A stretch of 64,000 bases of DNA from Macrostomum hystrix (Eukaryota > Animalia > Platyhelminthes), in the NCBI GenBank assembly GCA_950097015.1, contig CATNEN010000033.1, positions 3,534,001 to 3,598,000 of the forward strand. Direction: 5' to 3'. Made by a program: the position numbers and the translations under genes. The notes under the pieces were generated by a model. That model did no database searches. It had not been told where the DNA came from and saw nothing but the letters and a program-made list of their open reading frames with translations. Every line of letters begins with the position of its first letter. Position 1 is the first letter of the stretch. Shown one piece after another: positions 56,430-64,000 of the stretch.

Positions 56430-57838
56430 TCAGTGGGGCTCCTGGGGCGGTCCGATCGTGAAAGTGCAGTTGGTGAAACTGCAGTCACCAAATACCGCAG
56501 CGTAGTTGCGGCCCGTAACGCTGACGGCTCTGTTGCTCACGTTGCTAGTCGCACTTGACACCACCCCTGGGGCGGGCTCCGATTCGCCCTCCACATGCCG
56601 GACCAGTGCGTCGCTCACAGACGTTGCCAGATCCCTCATCGTGCGATCTCGCTTGCGTGACAGGTACCATCGCACGGTCGCCTCACTCTGCTGGCCCGTG
56701 ATGCTCATGATGTCATTGATGGTGAATCCGGCGTCCCGCAGATCTGCGATCCGCGTCACGCGGATGCAATGATTGGTGTACCGCTTAAACAATGTGCAGA
56801 CCCGACTGAGGCGCTGCATCAGGGAGCCCAGCCAGTTGATCCCGCGCGTCTGCTTCGCCGAATACACGACCTGACAGTTCTTGTTGGGCATTGGCCGGGG
56901 AAAGAAGGTGTCATCCTTCGTCTCAGCTGGCAGGGTTGCGCCGTATAGCTGTAGCAGCTCCAGCTGTTTGCCATAAATCCGCGCCTGCTTCGGTACGTAT
57001 CCCTTCGCCCTGACAGGATCGGCACTCTGGTTCTTGGTGGACAACGGCGGAAGCTCCATGTAGGCGTTACCATCGGCATCCTCCTTGGCGATGAGTAGCT
57101 GCCGTCTCCGTAGTGCCTTCAGATGTTCTTGGCCGCGTTCACCAAGGATGTACAGAAGTGTAAAGAGTACTTCATCTTGCAGCTTCTCCCCGGTGGTGCG
57201 ATCGAAATACTTATGGAGTTTCGCCAGGTCCGCCTCCTCGATAGGCTCAAAGTGCTTCACCGCGCCACCAGCGTTGTTCCAATCGCGCACTTTCACCCGC
57301 AGCATCCTGTTGGACTTAGCAAACTCAGGCGCGCCCACCAGATCGAGGTTCCGTTGAAGGATATGTCGGAAGTACCGCTGAATACCCGCGCGGATACACA
57401 CCAAGGTTGCCGGAGAATACAGTTCGCCATTAGCCTTGCGCAAACGAAAGTAGAATAGTCGAAGGTATTCGTTAATCTCAGATGATTCCATGCTCCTGAG
57501 CCGTTCGGTCGCATGCCCGACACTGGCCATGAAGTCAACAAACTGCTGACCATACTGTGTCATTTGCTCTCTGGTCGTCTTTGGCAACGATTGCACCTCC
57601 GCTTCGTCCATCTCCTTCTCCGCTCCAACTTTCGGAACACCGTCGGGTCCCACCTCCGGTAGGATGACGCCCAGGAGGTGTCGTCGTCATTCTGCCCGGG
57701 ATCTTCCAGGTAGGCTATGAAACGAGAAAGGTCGTCGTCGTCCCTATGATCGGCCGAACTTAGATGCGTCAAGAGTCGCAACTCTGGTGCGGTGACACCG
57801 TTTAAGGCGTCAACCGGTAGATTAGCCCAATTTATCAT
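56430..57838 (-). CDS. Crypton-like tyrosine recombinase B (family 1)
   Basis: Uninterrupted 393-aa ORF from the ATG at 57611, with LGERGQE, TKN, NHCIR, TGQ (H->Q), RWY and C-terminal FTNCTF. A probable N-terminal extension from ATG 57838 needs one frameshift near 57680. Confidence 0.9.
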
Positions 57839-58087
57839 TTGCAAGTTTAAGGCGCTCACTGGTGGTTCAGACTGTTCAGGCTTGGGGCTTCTACTCTTGC
57901 CTTCCTTCCTTCCTTCCATCCTTCCGTCAGCTTTAGCCAATGTTTTTTTGTCTATGGTCCATCCTTCTCCTCTGCCCAGCCAATCCTCACGAACAAGTAG
58001 AGCTATTTTTATACCGTCATTGAGCAACGTTGCTCAATGACGGTTTGTGCAACGGAGGAAATCTTGTCGGGTGCGTTTGTCAATGTT

Positions 58088-58192
58088 GTTGTGTATGCGG
58101 TTGCCGAGATAGACAATAAGAATTTGTCACTCGTCGCTTCGTGACACTCGTGACAATTTCTTATTGTCTATCTCGGCAACCGCATATACAAC
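58088..58192. repeat. Palindrome, 43-bp arms (2 mismatches), 19-nt loop, upstream of recombinase B
   Basis: GTTGTGTATGCGGTTGCCGAGATAGACAATAAGAATTTGTCAC / GTGACAATTTCTTATTGTCTATCTCGGCAACCGCATATACAAC. Confidence 0.95.
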
Positions 58193-58458
58193 TTACCATT
58201 GTGCAATTGAACGGCGCAAGGGGTGAACTGACTTTGGCTCACTGCAGTGGACTCAAAAGTAACTGCTTCTGTTTGAAAATTTAGCTATAAGACTTTTAAA
58301 AGGTGGTCTTTACCATAGACAAATTTCATGCTTCTGCGTCTCGTGGATCATACTCAGGCTAAAGACTTTCTGAGTGACCCTCGTATAGCCAATAGTCTAT
58401 GACTGAGGCTTAGTCTCATTTAGTCCCACTTGGTCGAGTCGTGCGGCAATTAAATATT

Positions 58459-58575
58459 ATAATCCCCACTTGAAATCGTAGTCTATGGCATAGAACGACT
58501 GAGGACTGCGTTTCTTGGCCGAGGCGAAGCCGAGGCCGTTCCTTGGCCAAAGAAACTAAATCAACTGGGGATTAT
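58459..58575. repeat. Imperfect palindrome, upstream of A' once the mariner is removed
   Basis: ATAATCCCCACTTGA / TCAACTGGGGATTAT outer arms and TTTCTTGGCCGAGG / CCTTGGCCAAAGAAA inner arms around GGCGAAGCC. Confidence 0.8.
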
Positions 58576-58845
58576 TTTATACTTAACCTACAAGATATGA
58601 GGGTTCACGCTTGATTCCTAGGCTCTTTCTTTACCAGTGGAATGGCCGTCTATGGCCAAACCTCACTAAAACATGAAGCCTGAGAACTCCAAACGAGGCC
58701 ATTGAACCAGTTCACAGGCCTGAAACGTGGCCAGTGAACATTGTATTTTAAACTTTACTTTATTAAAAGATACCAACAGTAAGAACGTTCAGCGAATCAA
58801 TTTATATTGTTCCTTCGTTCCATTGTTCGCAAGTTCACCAGAAAA

Positions 58846-59871
58846 TCACTCAAACGTGATTTCTACAGTGTTAGCCTCACTGTTGACGATCATACGTATC
58901 TTCTTCTTCGGGGGAACACTGATCTCTTCAGAAACAGGATTCAATGTAGGCTCAATAGACGCGGCTGCTCCTCCGGCGTGCAGAGCGCAGGTCATACGCG
59001 AATGGTCCTGGACGTCCAGCCGTATGTACCTCTCAATTGCGTTCGACGAATGTCCAGTGACTCGGGCTACATCGTCCCTTGCCAGTCCAGCCCGGTGCAG
59101 GGTGCTGGTACACGTCTTCCTCAGAGACTGGTTGGTGAACTTGCCATCCCGTGGACACGGGCTTTTCGCCACAATGGAGTCGAGAGTATGCCGGTCGATT
59201 GGTGCATTCTGGTACCATCTGCCGCTTTTGATAGCTGATTCACTCCGAAACCAAGTAAGAAAGAGGTTCTCATGCTTGCATTGGTCCGGTCGGTAGCCGT
59301 CGTAGATTTTGTAGATGCATGGAAGGCAGCGCGCATGATCCGGGGAGTGCGTCGCCATGACAACCTTCACAGGATGATTCTTTCTTCTTATTCCAGAATT
59401 GTTAGTTTTCATGCTCCGCTCCTCTCTATACACCAACATTTAATTGCCATCGTGTAGTTCGATGCGAATCTATTGGCCTCTCTTCAGACTGTGGAGCTCT
59501 GTTCCACCACGTAGGGCGGAGTTTTTTCCAATGTAGAACACAAGCGTATGCAGCAGCGTCTTGAAAGTCTTGAAAGCAGCGAACAAGAAAGTCTTCAGCA
59601 GATAGTTCCAATCCGATTTATTCCACTCGGCCCGCTCCTTCAGCACCGCAAGACCAGAGCTGTCACCGCGAAGCAGCTTAGTTTGCCTCTCCTGAAACCA
59701 GTCGTCAAATACCTTAAGTGCCCATCGCTCCTTCTTGCGCGTCGATTCCGGCACCGCAGCGTCAATCCTCTCAGCAACCTCGTCATCAGACACTAGAGCA
59801 AATCTCGAAGGCTCTTCTCTCAATTGAACCTCATCCAGCCAGTCAAGAACAAGTTCCAAATCTTCCTCCAT
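58846..59871 (-). pseudogene. Crypton-like tyrosine recombinase C (family 2), decayed
   Basis: VPESTRKKERWALKVF, ALRGG, KTN, NQSLRKT, TGHS, ERY. Two in-frame stops at 59440-59472 and ~80 aa missing near 59570 relative to D. Confidence 0.88.
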
Positions 59872-60129
59872 GTTGAAGAGACTTTGCAACTCTCTCACTG
59901 ATTCTATAAAGTCTGCCTGACTGTCTGTCTCTGCTTCTCAGTGTCCAGTCCTTCCTTTTCTACTTGAAAATTTTAGTGTCTATGGTAAATATGGGGGCTG
60001 CGCCCCCCTACCCCCGCTTTGGAAGCTTTCGCTTCCAATATCTGTAGATTAAGTACTATGTACTTAATAAGTACTATCTACGCGTTATTCTTAGGCCGAG
60101 GCAAACCTTCACAGGATGATTCTTGCTTC

Positions 60130-61078
60130 TGAGGCAGTGTAAAATTAGGTTTTCTTTATCATTTTTAAATTCCCGCCACTTTTCCTCACGCGCTAGCTAA
60201 ATGTCGTTATATCACGCAGTGCTCTTTGTGCGTTATATTGCTCTCAAGTAGAAACCTGCACCCACCCCAATTTCTTTGTGTATATATAGAGAGAAAATAT
60301 AAATGCGATCTTTACCTTGGCTCACCCTTGCCTAACCCTTGCCTCACCCTTGCGCACCCTTGCTCACCTTGCTTAACCGTCCGCTACCTGTTTGACCTAC
60401 TTTACGTTCTATACGTTCTCAACGTTTAGCTCTACATTCGATACAACGAAATATAAGCGATTCCACTTCCAACCTCTATTCCAGTTTCGCTATTAAATAG
60501 ACCGAGTTTCTGAGTTATTTTCCTAATAAAAGGAAACAGTTAAAGATACCTTTGCCTTCCCAACCCTCTCCCAAAGATCTCTCGTCGGCCTTCTTTACCA
60601 AAACCCACCCTATTATATGATCCCTTTGAAATCCCAATATACCGTCCTAAAATCCCGTCCAAAAGTCCACCTGAAGTCTATCTGAAGTTCACCTAAAGTT
60701 ACCTAAATACCCCCTGAAGTCCCTAAAAACTCCGCCTTTATCCCTCATGAGACTGTACTAATCCCGGACCCCATAGAGGAAAGTAAGTGAAAGCGCGAAG
60801 GTCGTTCACCAGGCAACTTTAATCCATCCTGATACGCCCCACGGACTGTGTGTCCCAGATCAGTGACCTTAGCCCTCGTGCCAGCATCAGTAAATTCCGC
60901 TCCCAGTGTTAGTAGCTAGTGTCTTGCCGCTCGGGCATTAGCGCTACCTTAGGTATAACCCGAACAGCGTGGAAAAATACCTACTCTCACCCTCATAAAT
61001 TACGCTACCATCCCCCCCAAATACTCAGCTCACCAATCCCAAATTCAATAAATAGAGAGAGCTGAGAGGTCTGCTACA
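60130..61078. mobile_element. Solo LTR (949 bp)
   Basis: TGAGGCAG...CTGCTACA (TG..CA, imperfect IR), 4-bp TSD CTTC at 60126-60129 and 61079-61082, AATAAA near 61047. Removing it rejoins a 43-nt sequence also found at 59362-59404. Confidence 0.8.
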
Positions 61079-61460
61079 CTTCTTATTCCAGAATTGTTAT
61101 GCAAAGCCTCGGCCTAAGAAGCGCGTCCGAGGTCTTTCTGTCATAGAAACCAAAAGAACAGACAAAGATTATATGCATAAAATCCGATTGCTTATTTTAG
61201 AGACATTTAATGGGCGCCTTCAGAGCGAGGAATCGGTAGTCTGTGGTACAGACTACTTTAATTCCGAGACCATTACATCATATAATGGGCCTCAAACGGC
61301 GCCCATTATATGATATAACGGTCTCGGGACACGAGCAGTTTGTACATAGACTACCAGCATTTATTGTGTATGTGATGCAAATAGAACAGGAAGAAAATAT
61401 AAAACGAAAACCTCAAACTTATTGTCACTCGTTGTCCATGCTTCAAAACGCTTCACGCAC

Positions 61461-62792
61461 TTACTTGAACAGGATTTCAATTTTTGGACCCAAAATGCTG
61501 ATGGACTTCACTCCGTGTCCTATAGGAGACTTAAGAGACTCACCAGAAGCGACCAGCTTACCAGTGGAACCGATTCTTGGGCTTGCTTCTGGAACAGAGA
61601 TGCCTTGCAACGCGCTGGATGCAATCCTAGCCACCTGGGCAGAAGGACCAATGTAGCGTTCAAGCGCAGCGGAACTGTGTCCAGTTACTTTAGAAATCTC
61701 AGGCCTCGACAGTCCAACATCACGCAATGTTGTAGCCCACGTCTTTCGCAGGGTTTGGTTGCTATAGTTTCCACCGGAAGGCGCAGGTAGACCATCCATC
61801 AGTGTGCGAACCACAGAATCGAGAGAGAGGCGTCCGAGGACTTGATTTTGAAACCACTTACCGGCACGAACAGACGTTTCACTCCGAAACCAGGACAGAA
61901 ATAGCTGAGGCTTCGTGCACTGATCTGGGCGCAGACTAACGTAACGTTTGTAGAGACAAATAAGACAACGATAATGATTAGCCGTGTGGTACGCAGTATT
62001 ACGTTTAATAGGTCGATTAAACGTCTTCAATCCGCACGGTCGTGTCTTTGAAACAGTTTGCTCCGCGTACACCAGAACCTCCTCGGAACCTTCAGTCGTC
62101 AGTTGGATTTGTTTGTTGTATTCCAGTTCGTGTAGGTCACGGCCACCTCGAAGTCCAAAGACCTTTCCGACAAGAAAGATTACTGTGACAAGAAGACTTT
62201 TTGGTGAATTGTCACCCAGCACTCCACGATTCCAAAGAGAATCCTCGTCCGCAGCAGCAATCGGCGAGGCACTCTTACACCCGTTGAGATTGCCTTCCTT
62301 AGCAGTCTCCCGCATAGCGGCATCAAGTGCACGTCGGGTTGCGACAAACTCCGCATCCGTCCAAATTGACATAGTGTAGACGTAGTAGTGTATGCTGGAT
62401 CATCGTAATCAGATCCTTAAGAGTTCCCGGGGGAACATCTCGCCATTTTCCTTGCGCACCTCAAAGACGAAAAATTGAAGAAGATGATTTAAATCACTCT
62501 TAGTCAGCTCCTCAATAGGCTTTAACAACATCAAGCCGGTAACTTCTCCTTCAAGTTGCAGTTGATTGCAATTTTCCTTCCAAGTTCTGAACACTTTAAT
62601 TGCCCACTTTTCCTTCGCGTGGGTAGAGTTCGGCAGACTCTCAGCCAGCCTGCGCTTCAAATCGGTCGAATCAAGCAGCTCACCAACACGGCTTGTCGAA
62701 GATAACGATGGACGCATCGCATCAGCAGCAGGTGGATTATCAGATGAATTGAAGAATTCAGAGAAGTCGAAGTCTTCCATAGCGCCAGCCAT
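61461..62792 (-). pseudogene. Crypton-like tyrosine recombinase D (family 2), short compensated frameshift pair
   Basis: The two ORF-track pieces share a frame. Adding one C at 62429-62433 reads FPPGTLKDLITMIQH before returning to SIWTDAEF. Motifs FGLRGG, SKT, NQTLRKT, TGHS, ERY. Confidence 0.88.
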
Positions 62793-63082
62793 TGCAAAAT
62801 GTATTGCCCAAGTACTTGATATAGCACTTAAACAATTTCTTCTCTTAATCGCTCATCTTCTTTTTAGTCTTTCTATGCTGACTGTCTTTTATTCTTAATA
62901 TTAATTTTTTCTATGGCCCGAAAGGATGCTATATGGATGTGCGATATTCAAAACTGTATTGGAAAACTACAAATGAAAGTTTGTCTATGGTTAGAATGTG
63001 GAGGCTTCGCCCCACACCCGCTAGCAGCCGCTGTCGAATAGATGGAATACTCTCCAAAATAGGTAATCTGATTTCATATAAA

Positions 63083-63138
63083 ATAATAGCCTTTTAATAA
63101 GCTGTCTAACCACAGAATGCTTATTAAATGGCTATTAT
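63083..63138. repeat. Palindrome, 20-bp arms (1 mismatch), upstream of recombinase D
   Basis: ATAATAGCCTTTTAATAAGC / GCTTATTAAATGGCTATTAT with a 16-nt loop. Confidence 0.9.
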
Positions 63139-63596
63139 CATATACATAAAGCATGATTTTTTAGTCTATAATGCTCGCAATGTATAACTTTGATGCTTTT
63201 TTCGGGCTTTTTATTTACTGCTTTATGTCTGTGGTCGGGAAATAATGTCCGCAAATGTTTATTTCAGTAGAAATTTAACGATTGAACGATTTAACAGCGC
63301 ATTTAATATCAATAGTAAATTATTAGTATACCTTTTTGCGATCTTGTTGGCCAAAACTGCGATAAATTTGGCCAGCCTGGGATAGACAAAAAAGCACAGA
63401 TTGTACCCTTTTGTCTATGGTTTCCGGCATTCATACTTGCGGTAACAATTTAATTGTTTGTCGGCTTTTTTTGATTGTTGCCGGATTTCAGACGAATGTA
63501 TTTGGCTATCAAAACAAGGAACAACAATAGCAACACGGCGAAAGTGTTTCATAGTCACAAAAAGTTCTTAAGAACAAACCGATCGAATCAATTGTT

Positions 63597-64000
63597 TTAC
63601 TTTCCGTAAAAGTTGAATGTGCAGTTGTGGAACTGACCACCACAGAGGCTTCTCGGCAGGTCTTGGCCGCCCTCGGGTGCTTTCATCAGCTCGCCTCTAT
63701 CAGACCCAGTTGTCACACTTTCGATGGTGGATTCCGCATCGTCGTCAATCTTGGTGACTTTGGACCCATAGGCAGCCAGACAAGCGCTCATTCGGGCCAC
63801 ACAGTCCATGTCTCGCCGCTTGTATACATCCACTGAGCTCGAATTCTTGTGTCCCGTCATTAGTGTAATCGCTTGATTATCGAAACCGGCCTTGGCCAAA
63901 CAGTTCACCTAAGTTTCAGCAGTTGGGTAAGACAGTATTCTTACAGTTTTACTGAAGTGAGTAGGCCATGCGATCTTTACTCACCGTGGTTACTCGCACA
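63597..64000 (-). CDS. 3' end of Crypton-like tyrosine recombinase E (family 1-like) with a 76-nt intron (63909-63984)
   Basis: GTG CGA GTA ACC ACG|gtgagt...ttag|GTG AAC TGT splices to VRVTTVNCLAKAGFDNQAITLMTGHKNSSSVDVY...GGQFHNCTF. The gene continues beyond the window. Confidence 0.85.

Larger units (their letters stand above)
56260..58320 (-). mobile_element. Crypton-like element B, bounded by inverted GTCTATGG...CCATAGAC ends
   Basis: Interrupts the mariner between its TIR and ATG. The ends coincide with the motif in inverted orientation. Exact ends are uncertain by 1-3 bp. Confidence 0.8.
55088..58383 (-). mobile_element. Mariner element (~1.24 kb net) with a nested 2.06-kb tyrosine recombinase element
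   Basis: Perfect 30-bp TIRs CGAGGGTCACTCAGAAAGTCTTTAGCCTGA (55088-55117; reverse complement 58354-58383) and TA TSD on both sides. Confidence 0.95.
52062..63420. other. Recurrent GTCTATGG/CCATAGAC motif delimiting the tyrosine recombinase units
   Basis: Ten exact copies at 52062(rc), 53003, 56260, 57950, 58313(rc), 58481, 58648, 59978, 62983, 63413. Variants at 58395, 61239, 62909, 63227. None seen by eye in 39.3-52 kb. About 0.4 copies are expected by chance in 12 kb at uniform composition. Confidence 0.85.

Noticed and set aside
61243-61790. Plus-strand ORFs overlapping the recombinase and mariner genes (here and at 53391-59796)
   Set aside because: Antisense or off-frame shadows of real minus-strand genes, with no recognisable motifs.

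Overview
Repeat-rich eukaryotic (invertebrate metazoan) DNA in three parts. (1) 39.4-43.7 kb: the 5' part of a minus-strand SPOP/roadkill-type MATH-BTB gene, with two intact MATH-coding exons (43180-43709, 39417-39571). (2) 1-39.3 kb: the next intron of that gene is a tandem array of 40 units (0.64-1.7 kb, with higher-order structure). Each unit has a 16/18-bp minisatellite, a complete 3' splice site and the first ~61 nt of the next SPOP exon ([20 protein letters not shown]), cut before any donor. The complete exon is not in the window. (3) 46-64 kb: nested mobile elements, namely a hAT MITE, a second MITE, two mariners, two solo LTRs and a co-oriented chain of five Crypton-like (DUF3504-type) tyrosine recombinase genes plus one N-terminal fragment, from two subfamilies. 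A GTCTATGG/CCATAGAC motif sits at fixed positions around these genes and long palindromes lie upstream of them. One recombinase unit is inserted inside a mariner with perfect TIRs, which indicates mobility. The low-complexity ORFs in the ORF track are minisatellite artefacts. The host is unidentified; a flatworm such as Macrostomum is only a guess.
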